From a virus: DNA of 64,000 bases. The position numbers and the translations under genes are program-made. The DNA lies in IMG/VR virus record IMGVR_UViG_3300016476_001169, positions 32,001 through 96,000 of that record. One strand, given 5' to 3'. A model generated the notes under the pieces. It was not told the DNA's origin, did not search any database, and worked only from the letters and a program-made list of their open reading frames with translations. Positions 9,995-21,095 of this stretch are shown here, piece by piece; the stretch's first letter is position 1; each line of letters opens with the position of its first letter.

Positions 9995-10686
9995 TAGCTG
10001 AGATTATCTCCAAATTCCATTGGAGTATCAAACTCATTATCACAAACAAAGCATCCAAATCTTTCATGTGAAATCTGGTATGCATCAGACTTATTGCACC
10101 ATGGGCACTCTACTTTTTCAATAGAGCCAGAATCACTAAACCAAACTTTGCCAAGAACTTTAGTATTCTTAAGTTCGGGAACTTTATCTGTATCACTATT
10201 GAAATCAGAAGGAACCAAGATTTTCTTTCTCATACCTTCAACCGAAAGCTCGGCGTTTTCAACATCTTCGATAAGATCAATTTCTAATTCTTCTGCATTT
10301 AATCTTAACTGCTTTTCAAACTCATCTTCTTGAGCTTCTGCAAATTTGCCATAATTGCCTAAAATCTTCTCGACATCTGATTCTGGCACAAAGTGTGCTT
10401 TGCTAATACCTGCTCCAGGAACAGATTCATTATATTTGGCCAGCACCTTTCCAGATGTAGTATCAATAATACCCTCTGAAGTAATTGGGCCCACTTCTAA
10501 AATTGCAGTAGCAAGCCTTTTAGCCGCATAAATTGCCAAGTCTTCGTTTGGCATGACTCCCACATTGTCTTCAAAACCTTTAGCAATTTCTCTCAGACAA
10601 TCTTGTTCTTCTGGTGAAAAATGCTCAAAACTTTTAGTTAATGTGTCCCAAAAGATAACCTTACCGCGAGTTAAATTATAATCCAT
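9994..10686 (-). CDS. hypothetical protein with C-terminal zinc ribbon
   Basis: CPWC...CFVC; AGGAG SD upstream. Confidence 0.65.
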   Translation of the reverse strand: MDYNLTRGKVIFWDTLTKSFEHFSPEEQDCLREIAKGFEDNVGVMPNEDLAIYAAKRLATAILEVGPITSEGIIDTTSGKVLAKYNESVPGAGISKAHFVPESDVEKILGNYGKFAEAQEDEFEKQLRLNAEELEIDLIEDVENAELSVEGMRKKILVPSDFNSDTDKVPELKNTKVLGKVWFSDSGSIEKVECPWCNKSDAYQISHERFGCFVCDNEFDTPMEFGDNLS

Positions 10687-10721
10687 GTTTTTCTCCTACA
10701 AAGATTATACTCGATTTGGCC

Positions 10722-11564
10722 CTAATAATCAATCGTTTTAAACTTCAATTCTATTGGATAACTATAGCCTCCAGTGGGTAAATATTGAATGTTTAATGTT
10801 TCGTTTGGTCTTATTAATTGATTGTGAAATTTGACATCTTTCTTAGGCTGTATCTCTCCTGTGGAAATAACATCATCGTCTCCAACCTTAAATACAGCTG
10901 TCATCTTTCCAGCTCTTGAATTAATAAAACATAATAACATTTTATCTTTATCACTGGTGTTTTTAATTGAAAAATTATAGTTATAACCATAATGGCCAGG
11001 TATAATATCTTTTCGATTGTCGCCTAGGCGAAATTCGAATGGTTTGTTATCTTTTAGTTCGGCCTGAATATCTCTGTCAAAATCATCTACATTGATAATT
11101 TTGATGCCGTCAACTTCCTCGCCTGCACCAAGTCTGCAAAACCAGCTATTGCCCTTGTCCATCTTTGCTTCAATTATGCCAGATACTGTGTCTCCATGTG
11201 CAACCTCTTTAATAAGTTGTGGATTTGACACAGATTTAGCTTTGGCATTTAAAAAGCTTTTAATTGCCTTGGAACCTGCTATACCCGGCTCTTCATTAGT
11301 TTCTACTGCAGATCTGAAATCTTTAAAATTTCCTTTTAACTTAAAGTTAAAAACCTGTTCACGCCCCGTTGCATTTAGGTAATGGAAAAATATTCTTGTA
11401 TTTGATGGTTCATTTATTATTTGTTTGCCTAACTTGCCAGATTCTTCAACCTTTTCTGGAAAGTTTAAAAACACAAGACGCTTGGCCAACACACTGTCAT
11501 AAGCAGTAGAGCCACTTATGACAAGAATACCAAAAAGCAATAGGGCTACGAAGATTTTCTTCAT
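10722..11564 (-). CDS. secreted or membrane-anchored hypothetical protein
   Basis: MKK + hydrophobic stretch + STA signal-peptide-like N-terminus; AAGGAG upstream. Confidence 0.65.
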   Translation of the reverse strand: MKKIFVALLLFGILVISGSTAYDSVLAKRLVFLNFPEKVEESGKLGKQIINEPSNTRIFFHYLNATGREQVFNFKLKGNFKDFRSAVETNEEPGIAGSKAIKSFLNAKAKSVSNPQLIKEVAHGDTVSGIIEAKMDKGNSWFCRLGAGEEVDGIKIINVDDFDRDIQAELKDNKPFEFRLGDNRKDIIPGHYGYNYNFSIKNTSDKDKMLLCFINSRAGKMTAVFKVGDDDVISTGEIQPKKDVKFHNQLIRPNETLNIQYLPTGGYSYPIELKFKTIDY

Positions 11565-11661
11565 AGCTCAACACTCCTTGCGTTTGTTTAGGTATGATTA
11601 TTATTAGATTAAAAGGGGGCTTTTGCCTTTATAATAGACGATAATATTATGAGGTATTATA

Positions 11662-12213
11662 ATGTCTAGAAATTTATTATATGACAAATTTATTGCCGAA
11701 AGCAAAGATTATTTTAACAATTTTGATTTTAAATCTATTGGCTTTACGGACAATTCCAATTCTGAAAAAGCCTGTGCTTTATTAGACCGAATGCAAGCAG
11801 TCTATGAGGCAAAAGACTCAGACTATAGTGAAAATGATTTACCAATGGGGAATTTGCGAGAATCAATAGAATTAGGCATAGACCCATGGAAGGGTGTTCT
11901 TCTTAGGATTGGTGATAAGAAAAGAAGAATTGGCTCCTTTATTAAAAAAGAATCCTTTCTAGTAAAGGATGAAGCTGTGGATGATACATTGGTGGACATG
12001 GCAAATTATTCTTTTTTAGGTTGTGCATTAATGGGTGATCTTGGAGATGAAACTATCACTGAAACATGGAAAACCATGGCCAAAGATTGTGTTTTAGCTA
12101 AGATTGTTTTTGAAAACAAGCACAATGATGGCGTTCCTAGATGGTCTATAATTATGTGGCCAAGAATTCTTGCTTCATACAATATTTTAGCAAAATTCGC
12201 TAGAGAAAACTAA
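11662..12213 (+). CDS. DUF1599 / nucleotide-modification-associated domain protein
   Basis: KDSDYS...GVLLRIGDKKRRI...DEAVDDTLVDMANY pattern. Confidence 0.7.
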   Translation: MSRNLLYDKFIAESKDYFNNFDFKSIGFTDNSNSEKACALLDRMQAVYEAKDSDYSENDLPMGNLRESIELGIDPWKGVLLRIGDKKRRIGSFIKKESFLVKDEAVDDTLVDMANYSFLGCALMGDLGDETITETWKTMAKDCVLAKIVFENKHNDGVPRWSIIMWPRILASYNILAKFAREN

Positions 12214-12270
12214 AATTCAAGGAAAACTCGGGGCAAAACTGTAAAATTCTCAATAGGAGAGATACAGATA

Positions 12271-14805
12271 ATGCCCCGAGTTTTTAATTTATCCGAATTT
12301 GATATTAGGTTAGCAGCCAAAACTTATACTTTAGAAAATCTTCCACCAGCCTCTATTGATGAAATCGTCAATGAAATAACAGGGGGGCAGGCTGCTAATT
12401 TAAGTGATCAAGACAAAATTGCCATAGTACAAGAATACTTGGCAGGTAGCATTACTGATCCTTCACAAATTCCTCACGCTCTCCGAGAAGTTAAAGATCC
12501 AAGCCTTGTAGGCTCAGGTGTGGATGTAGCAAACCAAAAGATCAGACAAATCAAAGACGCCATTGCCAGACTCAAAAAAGAAGACTCTGATAGATACAAG
12601 GCTATTCTTGAATCATTAGGTGGAAATGAAGATCAGCTTTTAAAAGCTGCTTTTGAAAAGTTTCAACAGCAATATATTCCACAGATTATAGATCTCTGGA
12701 GTGCAAGAATGAATCCAGCTAGAATTAAATCATTCTTAACTTTACCAGAAGAACTTAGAGGCCAGCAAGAAACCGCAACACAATCTCTCCGTTCTGAATA
12801 TTTTAACCAAACTACTGAACAATTTACAAAAGTCAGTTCTGATTTGAATGAAGAATTTGGCTTATCTGTTGAACAGATAGCATGGATCTTTAGGGGTACA
12901 AGAACATCAAATGTAGAGTCTATGCCTGATTACCAAAATACAGCCACTAGACTCGGTGAAGGTAATTTAGAAGCTGGTAAAAAGCTCCTAACCAAAATTT
13001 TGGCTAATTCAGAAAAAGATACTACCACCTGGCTTTCTAACCTTCAAAAAGATTATGCCGCAGGACTTTACACAGGCGGCAAAGACTGGGACACAGCAGT
13101 TGATAAAGAGGGTAATCCATTATTCGCTCCAGAAGAGCTTGTTGTGGCAAAATCGCTCGCTGAAAAAACTGCTGGTGCAATTACCAAGCATGAAGTACTA
13201 AGAGAAATTGGCCTTAGTACATTGCAATTCCCACAACAGCCTTCTGATTTATTTGATACAGGCGATCCAGCAAAAATCCAAACAGTTGAAGGCGAAGATA
13301 GATATTTTGAGGCCAGAAACAATCCTTACAACTGGGTCATTCTTTCACAATTGCTTGAGAAGGGTGGCTATGGCTATAACAGCAAAGCTCTTCCAGATTT
13401 CTTTGGTAAAGATTTTACTCAAAAAGAATTAGAAACTTCTGACTGGAATGAAATAAGAAAACAAATTCATGATGCAACAGAAGAAGGTTTGCCAACTGGA
13501 AGTTATATTGATCATGCTTTGTTTTATGTAGCACATACACTTTGTGGCAAGAGCGAAGCTAAGTTCAAAGACATGCTTGCAAAGATGGAAGAAACTGTTG
13601 ACAGCGATGTTAGCGTTGATGCACTATTTGATCCAGATCAGAAAGTCATTCCTGACCCAAGATACGTTGACATGCTTCTTAATTTTAGATCAAAGGCTGA
13701 AAAGCGCTGTGTAGATAAATTAAGAGGCACCTTTGGTTTAGAAGTTGTACCTTATGAATTGGGCTTGCCTGTCTTAGATGGTTGTAACATTAACAAAGAT
13801 GGATTCCAAGTTGACTTTTTAATCCCTTGTGATGTTTTAGAACAATGGAACCAAGGCCAGGATGGTTTGTATCATCCTACAATCCGCCAAAAAATGATCT
13901 TTGTAGGCGAATATTATGGCTTTGATAGAAGCAACCTTATCGAAGTCAATGCCAAGGGCGCTGAAGGCTTTTATGGCATAGATGGAGACATCGCAAAGGT
14001 TACCGATAAGAAAACTGGTCAAGTAGTTGAAGCCAAAAACGGAGCATTGCTTACAGCTGGTCAAAAGTATGACATTAGAACTGGCTGGAAGAAAATGACC
14101 GAAGATTTCTTCGCATCTTCTACAGGCAATGCTGCGATTCACATTGATAAAGACCTCAGTGATGATTCTATTATTTCAGAGCTTGATAGATGTAAGATTA
14201 TTTACACCTATAAGATGCCTATTAATAATAGTTTAAATGCTATCAAACAACACGCTGCTGTTTGCCAAGACCCAAACTGTGATTCAAAAAGAATGTTTGA
14301 TACATCTTCTGGGGCCCCTATTTTTAAGAAAACCCAAATAACAACTGGCGAAGCCTATGTTAGATGCTGCATTGCTGACTTAGAAATACAAAAGGGCATG
14401 ATGCCTGTTATCTTAGAAGCAAGGCTTGATAAGAGCTTTGGCAGAAAAGAAATTCATGATTATTACATGAAGAAAAAAGAAATCGAAAAAAGATTTGTTG
14501 AAAATAGAAAGAGCCCAAGCTTTTCTATGGATTTAGAAGTAAAACTATCAAATGATTTACAAGCTGTTAATAATCAAATTAGTTTTGTAACAGAAAAATT
14601 CAATGAGAGAAAACAATCACCTGAATACCAAGCTAGTTTAACAGCTTTGCAGCAACTCTTAAACGAAGCCTCTGCTGGTACAAAAACAGACAGAGAGATT
14701 TATGCACAAGCTAACAACATAATCAAACCTTGGATCCCATACATTCAAAGTAGAAGAAGAGCAAATTTAGCAGACTTGTTATTTAGAATAGCAATCTCAA
14801 GTTAA
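12271..14805 (+). CDS. large putative virion-internal protein with PD-(D/E)xK nuclease-like segment
   Basis: 844 aa; FRSKAE...VDFLIP...VGEYYG resembles DUF559-type nuclease motifs; RLAA and RIA motifs at the termini. Confidence 0.5.
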   Translation: MPRVFNLSEFDIRLAAKTYTLENLPPASIDEIVNEITGGQAANLSDQDKIAIVQEYLAGSITDPSQIPHALREVKDPSLVGSGVDVANQKIRQIKDAIARLKKEDSDRYKAILESLGGNEDQLLKAAFEKFQQQYIPQIIDLWSARMNPARIKSFLTLPEELRGQQETATQSLRSEYFNQTTEQFTKVSSDLNEEFGLSVEQIAWIFRGTRTSNVESMPDYQNTATRLGEGNLEAGKKLLTKILANSEKDTTTWLSNLQKDYAAGLYTGGKDWDTAVDKEGNPLFAPEELVVAKSLAEKTAGAITKHEVLREIGLSTLQFPQQPSDLFDTGDPAKIQTVEGEDRYFEARNNPYNWVILSQLLEKGGYGYNSKALPDFFGKDFTQKELETSDWNEIRKQIHDATEEGLPTGSYIDHALFYVAHTLCGKSEAKFKDMLAKMEETVDSDVSVDALFDPDQKVIPDPRYVDMLLNFRSKAEKRCVDKLRGTFGLEVVPYELGLPVLDGCNINKDGFQVDFLIPCDVLEQWNQGQDGLYHPTIRQKMIFVGEYYGFDRSNLIEVNAKGAEGFYGIDGDIAKVTDKKTGQVVEAKNGALLTAGQKYDIRTGWKKMTEDFFASSTGNAAIHIDKDLSDDSIISELDRCKIIYTYKMPINNSLNAIKQHAAVCQDPNCDSKRMFDTSSGAPIFKKTQITTGEAYVRCCIADLEIQKGMMPVILEARLDKSFGRKEIHDYYMKKKEIEKRFVENRKSPSFSMDLEVKLSNDLQAVNNQISFVTEKFNERKQSPEYQASLTALQQLLNEASAGTKTDREIYAQANNIIKPWIPYIQSRRRANLADLLFRIAISS

Positions 14806-14815
14806 GGAAATAAAA

Positions 14816-15691
14816 ATGCCAGTATTAGACCCTACAGTAATCAGTAATTGGTATAGAATCAAAGACGAATATAATAATTTTTATGTCGTACAAGATTTTT
14901 CAATGAACCAAAATAGTTCTGTCCAAAATAAACCTCTTGTACAGGGTGACATTGGGACCAGAATCATGGACGTGGGTGGTATCTCCTATACTTGGAGTGT
15001 TAGCTCGCCAGCTCTTGTAACTGATGGCACAGTTGTTGGAAATGTATTGACATTGATAAAAAATGGCTGGGCAAACATCAAAACTGGTGGCATTGGGGCT
15101 GCTTATCTTTTGGAGAGAGGCGCTATTAGAATCAATAAAGAAGGCGTTGATTGTTCTGCATCATTTAAAAGTGATAACCCATCATCTTTCGTTGCTACTT
15201 ATGGCACTAATGGCAGCAATTATATTGCAAGAGTGGCAAAGTGGTATGATTCTTATTTCACATTCACATTTAGAGGTATACAATCTGCTAATTTATCTAT
15301 TGAAAATGCTGAAATAAACTTTGATCCAGAAATTGGTGAAAGATACTTTGTAGGTGGTACACAGGCCCCTTATTTTAGTGTTAATAGCTATAAATTAAGT
15401 GGGACCATTACTTTCTTAGTGCCACCTGCTGAATTTTATAAATTTAGAAGCATCTATCAAACAGGTAATGATGTTCCTGGAAACTTAGCTGGTACTAGAT
15501 CTTTTTATGTAACTGGTATTGAAAATGCAAATCTTGTTATTGGCCTTCCTGGAACAGGTGGATTTAATTTACAATTAGGTACTGCCAGTATGACAACTGA
15601 GATAACAGCCGCTATAAAAGCGGGAGATATAACCAAGGTTACATTGAAGTTTGTTTCTTACGCAAACTCTTCTACAAACGAATCTTCCTAA
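14816..15691 (+). CDS. putative virion structural protein (tail-tube-like)
   Basis: 291 aa, G/S/T/N- and beta-rich, no enzyme motifs; function inferred from composition. Confidence 0.4.
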   Translation: MPVLDPTVISNWYRIKDEYNNFYVVQDFSMNQNSSVQNKPLVQGDIGTRIMDVGGISYTWSVSSPALVTDGTVVGNVLTLIKNGWANIKTGGIGAAYLLERGAIRINKEGVDCSASFKSDNPSSFVATYGTNGSNYIARVAKWYDSYFTFTFRGIQSANLSIENAEINFDPEIGERYFVGGTQAPYFSVNSYKLSGTITFLVPPAEFYKFRSIYQTGNDVPGNLAGTRSFYVTGIENANLVIGLPGTGGFNLQLGTASMTTEITAAIKAGDITKVTLKFVSYANSSTNESS

Positions 15692-15755
15692 TTGTTTTAT
15701 AATAGATATATTATATCTATAATATACCTCTATATGGGGTGTCAAAAAACTGAAA

Positions 15756-16343
15756 ATGGCTTATAAAAAAACAACCTCAAAGACCGTTCGGGAAACAAAA
15801 GCAGAAGAGAAACCTTTATATCATGAAGTCTTCCCTGAAGAATTATTAGATGATGGCGAGTTTATCTTGTCTTTTACCATACCTGGTCAGCCAGCTACTA
15901 AAAAGACATCACAAAGGGTTTTCAGAAAGCGAATTTTGCCATCTAAGGCTTATTGTGAGTATGAGAAGTACTGTGAGCCTTTTTGCAAGCAAGCTTGGGC
16001 TGATAAAGGCAAGGCCCCTATGGATTATGGGGTTGTTATCAATATGCGAATCTTTCTTAAAAACTGGATTGTTGGTGACTGTACAGGTTATCAACAATCC
16101 ATTGCTGATATACTACAAAAATTTGAAGTATTGTCAAACGACAGCTGGATTCACTGGGATTGGGAAAACTCTCACTGGCTAGGCGGGATAGATAAAGAAA
16201 ATCCAAGAGTTGAAATTACCATCAAAAGATTTAGGCATCCAAAAGAAGCTTATAGAAATGAACAAGAACTTTTTAACAAACAAAAAGAAGAAAGGAAAGT
16301 GGCTCGTTTATTAAAAGAGGCACAAAAACAAAACAATGGATGA
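15756..16343 (+). CDS. rusA: RusA-like Holliday junction resolvase
   Basis: FTIPGQPATKK, IADIL...LSNDSWI, IDKENPRVEITI. Confidence 0.7.
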   Translation: MAYKKTTSKTVRETKAEEKPLYHEVFPEELLDDGEFILSFTIPGQPATKKTSQRVFRKRILPSKAYCEYEKYCEPFCKQAWADKGKAPMDYGVVINMRIFLKNWIVGDCTGYQQSIADILQKFEVLSNDSWIHWDWENSHWLGGIDKENPRVEITIKRFRHPKEAYRNEQELFNKQKEERKVARLLKEAQKQNNG

Positions 16344-16812
16344 AGAATTACCAAAAGTAACAGGCGTACACATTATTCATGTTTCTCAAGATCTCCCAGC
16401 AGAAGACATTCAAGGCTTTATGGAAGATTGGATTGCAGAGAATAGTGACATTTCAACAGATCCAGGCGAGGTTGTTATTTTTTCACCTTATCAAATGGAT
16501 TACACCCTTACCGACACAGAAGATGGTGGACAAACACTTTTCTTGGTAGGTTACATGGCTAGAGAAAAATGGGCCACATTATCTGATGCAGATGATCTTC
16601 GCAAGTTTGCATTCCAACTTGAAGAAAGCCACAAGAATTTAAAAGTTGGAGTTGAATTGGCCTTGAGTGTAAAAGAGCCTGAAGAAGCTGATCAAAATTA
16701 TAACTTTGTAACTTCTTATTTTGAGAAAAATGAAGAAGTTAGAGACATGCTCATGAAGATGCAGGAAAATTCAGATTTAGAAGATGACGAAAATTTATTC
16801 GGCGGTCAATAA
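16336..16812 (+). CDS. hypothetical acidic protein
   Basis: 158-aa ORF overlapping the upstream stop. Confidence 0.6.
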   Translation: MDEELPKVTGVHIIHVSQDLPAEDIQGFMEDWIAENSDISTDPGEVVIFSPYQMDYTLTDTEDGGQTLFLVGYMAREKWATLSDADDLRKFAFQLEESHKNLKVGVELALSVKEPEEADQNYNFVTSYFEKNEEVRDMLMKMQENSDLEDDENLFGGQ

Positions 16813-16845
16813 AATCTGGTACAATTATAAAATAAATCTTCCTGG

Positions 16846-17571
16846 GTGATAAAAATGGATAAAAGCTACTTTTTGCACAAAGTTAAACACGAATTGTGCC
16901 TTGTTAATAATATTGTTCACTTGAATAATGAAGTTTATTCAATTTCTATGCCAGTAGTCATACCTAAACTGAAGTTAAATGCTACAGATGGAAGAACTTT
17001 GATGCAAAGAATTATTTTCCAGCATCTAAATAGCAATGCTTCTAAAGCTATAGGTTTTCTAAGAGGTATGTTCAATCTGTGTTCAGAGCCTGATAATTTT
17101 GAAACACACCTGATGCTCACATGCCCCGTAGGACAGCTTTCAGAGCCGACAGAGACAGAATGGATCAGGGCCATGGAAAACGGCCTGGATTCGGGCCAAA
17201 TTGAGCCCCCTGTGGCATCTATGGGTAAGGATGTATACATCAATGCCTGGGGTATACAAGATTACATCTATGACATGAAAGTTGAGTTCTGGCCACACAC
17301 AGAAAAACCTAATGCATTTCAGTGCCACTGTGCAATTAAATTTATTAAACCAGAAGGCATTGAAGAAACTAATCATTTAGATTTTGAATCTGGTTTTAAT
17401 TTTTTAATCTATTCTGAAAAGTCCAATTGTTTTGTTCCTTTTTTAATTAAAAATGAAAACAATCCAGTATTCTTCTTGCAAGAGGCAACAATTGTCAAAC
17501 ATGAATTAATAGAAGATGAAGATGGAATTGGAAGAGAATTGTTTGTTGAATGTGAAATCTACGCTAGATAA
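16846..17571 (+). CDS. hypothetical protein
   Basis: 241-aa ORF followed by a terminator. Confidence 0.6.
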   Translation: MIKMDKSYFLHKVKHELCLVNNIVHLNNEVYSISMPVVIPKLKLNATDGRTLMQRIIFQHLNSNASKAIGFLRGMFNLCSEPDNFETHLMLTCPVGQLSEPTETEWIRAMENGLDSGQIEPPVASMGKDVYINAWGIQDYIYDMKVEFWPHTEKPNAFQCHCAIKFIKPEGIEETNHLDFESGFNFLIYSEKSNCFVPFLIKNENNPVFFLQEATIVKHELIEDEDGIGRELFVECEIYAR

Positions 17572-17573
17572 AA

Positions 17574-17600
17574 AAAAGCCCCTCAAAATGAGGGGCTTTT
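17574..17600. terminator. bidirectional intrinsic terminator
   Basis: AAAAGCCCCTCA-AAA-TGAGGGGCTTTT. Confidence 0.85.
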
Positions 17601-17616
17601 AGTTTATTCGAATAAA

Positions 17617-18024
17617 TTAAAGAGCTGGCTCTTCTTCTGATTCGATGATTTCTGGAGCCTCGATAGGAGTTGAAGAACCTACAACACTAACATAGTGTGG
17701 CTCTGTCTCTTCAATATTAAGGCTGGTTGCGCCATCAAATCCATACTGTGCAACAATCTCCTTGAAGCGATCTTGGAAATTAGTATTGGAATTTGCCAAT
17801 TCTGTTTCAATAGCATCAAGCTGCTCTTGTGCTTGAGCCTTCTGGCTATTGTAGTTTCTTGTGATCTCTTCATACTGGGCTTCGAGATTCTTAATAAAAT
17901 TATAAGCCTGATAACCCTGTGACTGTAAGAAAGTCTGTTGTGCTTGCATGTTGCGAAGTTCGCCATACTCCTCTGGAGTAATGGCTGGTCTTTCGACCTC
18001 AGTGGTACCTAATGATTCGTCCAT
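17617..18024 (-). CDS. hypothetical coiled-coil protein
   Basis: 135 aa, Q/E-rich; AAGGA SD. Confidence 0.6.
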   Translation of the reverse strand: MDESLGTTEVERPAITPEEYGELRNMQAQQTFLQSQGYQAYNFIKNLEAQYEEITRNYNSQKAQAQEQLDAIETELANSNTNFQDRFKEIVAQYGFDGATSLNIEETEPHYVSVVGSSTPIEAPEIIESEEEPAL

Positions 18025-18126
18025 GTTTTTTCCTTTTGTGATACTTAAGTAATTACTAGTGCTCTACAGCACACACAATTAATTATACACAAAATTATGG
18101 TTCTTGGCAACCAAAATAGATATTGT

Positions 18127-18366
18127 CTAAAGCTGATTTTTCTTTCCAGTTTGATATTCCATTACACTCACAAAGTAATTAATAAAAACAAGACAAAAAA
18201 GTATGCAGATAATGAATAATTTAAAAAGAGTGATGGCTGCATAAATCCAATTTAGATTCAATAAAAAATAGACAATCTCTCCCAATAAGAACAACATAAA
18301 GCCTAAAAAAGCGAAAAATAAAAGAGAGAATAAAAAATTAAGTAATTTAACCATGATTAATCCCAT
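18127..18366 (-). CDS. small two-TM membrane protein
   Basis: two long hydrophobic stretches and a basic C-terminus. Confidence 0.45.
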   Translation of the reverse strand: MGLIMVKLLNFLFSLLFFAFLGFMLFLLGEIVYFLLNLNWIYAAITLFKLFIICILFCLVFINYFVSVMEYQTGKKNQL

Positions 18367-18401
18367 AAAAGGCCCCTTGAAAATAAATTCAAGAGGCCTT
18401 T
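18367..18401 (-). terminator. intrinsic terminator
   Basis: minus strand AAAGGCCTCTTGAA..TTCAAGGGGCCTTTT. Confidence 0.7.
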
Positions 18402-18408
18402 CTTATAA

Positions 18409-18503
18409 CACTTGCTTCGTTGCAGTGAGTATTTGAGCCACAGCCTCATTGCTATAGCTGATAATCCGCTGTTCGACCTTCGCCCACTAAACTTAAGCAA
18501 GTG
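18409..18503 (-). ncRNA. candidate rod-shaped structured RNA
   Basis: nested stems CACTTGCTT/AAGCAAGTG, TAGTGGG/CTCACTG, ACAGC/GCTGT in a GC-richer non-coding patch between two terminators. Confidence 0.35.
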
Positions 18504-18617
18504 AAATCGCGCAGAACATTAAATTTATCTACTTTAAAAGCGGGAACATTACTACATTATGCTATACTTATAGTAGAAACAATAATTTTATTATAGAAAT
18601 AAAATAAAAATCCTTCA

Positions 18618-18643
18618 TTTTAGGGGGCCGAAGCCCCCTAAAA
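18618..18643 (-). terminator. terminator hairpin after nrdA
   Basis: TTTTAGGGGGC-CGAA-GCCCCCTAAAA (TTCG loop on the minus strand). Confidence 0.75.
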
Positions 18644-18644
18644 A

Positions 18645-21095
18645 CTATGAACCGCAAGCCTCGCAGTCAGGATTATCAAGTGAACAGACTGCACTATTGA
18701 ACTCATCTGGATTAAATTCCTTGATAGGCTCTGGCTTCTCAACTCTTTCAACCTTGTCAAGTGATTGCATACCAGAAGTATCAATTCCGAGGCCCTTAAT
18801 TGCAGCAGCCTTTGGCTTGGTTCTGAGGTAATACATACCTGTCTTCAATCCAATCTTCCATCCATAAAAGTGTGCAGAAGAAAGCTTAGACATAGTTGGT
18901 TCTGCCATAAACATATTCAATGATTGAGATTGATCAATGAAATAGTTTCTATCTCTAGCCATGTCAAGGATGTTTTTACCCTTCATCTCCCATACAGTCT
19001 TGTAAACTTCACGAATGTCTGCTGGAATCTCTTCAATGTTTTGAACTGAGCCATTGTCAATGATAAGTTTCATTCTGATGTTATCAGTCCAAAGACCATT
19101 ATTGACCAAGTCTTCTACAAGATGCTTATTGACAATAGCATATTCACCACTAAGGGTATTTCTCTTGTAAAGATTTGCAGTGAATGGTTCAAAACATTCA
19201 TTGTTACCAAGGATTTGTGCAGTAGAAGCAGTTGGCATTGGTGCAACTAACAAAGAGTTTCTTAAACCAACACTCTTGATTTCTTCCTTAAGGGCGTTAA
19301 AGTCCCAAAGGCCTGACAAATCATTTTCATTCAATCCCCAAAGATCATACTGTAATAGACCCTGCGATGCAGGAGATCCAGTGAATGTTTCATAGGGGCC
19401 ATGAATCTTAGCTAAATCCTTAGAAGCAGTAAGTGCTGCAAAGTAAATAGTTTCAAAGATATCCTTGTTCAACTTCTTTGCTTCATCTGATTCAAATGGA
19501 AGACCCATAAGCGCAAATGTATCAGCAAGTCCTTGAACCCCAAGTCCAATTGGGCGATGTCGGAAATTAGACTTCTTTGTTTCAGGAGTAGGATAGAAGT
19601 TAATATCAATCACCTGATTAAGATTTACAGTTGCTTGGTATGTTACTTCATACAATCTCTGGAAATCAAACTTGCGGAGCTTTTTATCTTTCTCTCTAAC
19701 TTTGCCTGATGGAATTACAACATACTTTGGAAGAGCAATCGAGGCCAAGTTACAAACAGCTGTTTCATCCTTGTCTGTATACTCCAAAATTTCTGTACAG
19801 AGGTTTGAAGACTTAATTGTACCAAGGTTCTTCTGATTGCTCTTATAATTTGCAGCATCCTTGTAAAGCATGTAGGGGGTACCAGTTTCTACTTGACTGT
19901 CAAGTACCTTCTCCCAAAGTTCACGAGCCTTAATAGTCTTGAGAGCCTTGCCCTCTGCTTCATACTTTTCAAATAGTTCTGTGAAAGCTTTGCTCTCAGG
20001 ACTATCATAAGCATCTATAAGGCCAGGAACTTCATTTGGAGAGAATAAGCTCCAGTTTCCGTCTTCTTCTACTCTCTTCATGAAAAGGTCTGGAATCCAA
20101 AGGGCTAAGAATAAGTCTCTAGCACGAAGTTCTTCCTTGCCATGATTCTTGCGAAGATCAAGAAAATCAAATACATCTGCATGCCATGGTTCGAGATAAA
20201 CAGCGATGGAGCCCTTGCGCTTTCCACCACCCTGATCAACGTATCTTGCAGTCTCATTGAATACACGCAACATAGGAACGATGCCATTAGATGTACCATT
20301 GGTCCCCTTAATGTATGAACCCTTCGCGCGAATTTTATGAATGTTGATGCCAATACCACCAGCATTTTGTGAAATAGCTGCACAGTCTGCAAGAGACTTA
20401 TAGATTCCTGGGATAGAATCATCATCTACATCAATCAAGAAACAAGAAGAAAGCTGTGGGCGCTTTGTACCTGCATTAAACAATGTAGGAGTCGCATGAG
20501 TAAACAAACCTTGCGAAAGCATGTCATAGGTCTTTTGGACCATTTCAAGGTTGTCTCCCCAAATACCAACAGATACTCTCATGTACATGTGCTGAGGTGT
20601 TTCAGATGGCTTACCCTTCATTTTTAAAAGATAAGATTTCTCCAGAGTCTTGTATCCAAAGTAATCAAAATTAAAGTCACGATCATGAACAATCATAGCA
20701 TTTAATTCTGCACTGTGCTTTTCAATTGATGCATAGGTAGAATCAGAAATCAAACCAGCCTTTTCACCAGTCTTAGGATTAATGTATTCATACAAACTCT
20801 TAGCAACAACTGAAAATTCTTTAGGCACATCCTTATAAAGAGATGTAATTGCAATTCTTGCAGCAAGCTTCGCATAATCTGGATGTGTAGTAATCATAGA
20901 TGCTGCTGTTTCGGCACTTAACTGATCCAATTCAGCACTGGAAACACCATCATACAAACCTGAAATTACCTTCTTGGCAACTTCAAAATAGTCAACATAA
21001 TCTTCATTCAAGCCATAAGTCTGCTTTCTAATTCTAGAAGAAATCTTATCAAACTTAACTTGCTCTACTGTGCCATTTCTCTTTACTACATTCAT
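18645..21095 (-). CDS. nrdA: ribonucleotide reductase class Ia alpha subunit with ATP cone
   Basis: VVKRNG ATP cone, [39 protein letters not shown]-terminal CEAC. Confidence 0.97.
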   Translation of the reverse strand: MNVVKRNGTVEQVKFDKISSRIRKQTYGLNEDYVDYFEVAKKVISGLYDGVSSAELDQLSAETAASMITTHPDYAKLAARIAITSLYKDVPKEFSVVAKSLYEYINPKTGEKAGLISDSTYASIEKHSAELNAMIVHDRDFNFDYFGYKTLEKSYLLKMKGKPSETPQHMYMRVSVGIWGDNLEMVQKTYDMLSQGLFTHATPTLFNAGTKRPQLSSCFLIDVDDDSIPGIYKSLADCAAISQNAGGIGINIHKIRAKGSYIKGTNGTSNGIVPMLRVFNETARYVDQGGGKRKGSIAVYLEPWHADVFDFLDLRKNHGKEELRARDLFLALWIPDLFMKRVEEDGNWSLFSPNEVPGLIDAYDSPESKAFTELFEKYEAEGKALKTIKARELWEKVLDSQVETGTPYMLYKDAANYKSNQKNLGTIKSSNLCTEILEYTDKDETAVCNLASIALPKYVVIPSGKVREKDKKLRKFDFQRLYEVTYQATVNLNQVIDINFYPTPETKKSNFRHRPIGLGVQGLADTFALMGLPFESDEAKKLNKDIFETIYFAALTASKDLAKIHGPYETFTGSPASQGLLQYDLWGLNENDLSGLWDFNALKEEIKSVGLRNSLLVAPMPTASTAQILGNNECFEPFTANLYKRNTLSGEYAIVNKHLVEDLVNNGLWTDNIRMKLIIDNGSVQNIEEIPADIREVYKTVWEMKGKNILDMARDRNYFIDQSQSLNMFMAEPTMSKLSSAHFYGWKIGLKTGMYYLRTKPKAAAIKGLGIDTSGMQSLDKVERVEKPEPIKEFNPDEFNSAVCSLDNPDCEACGS

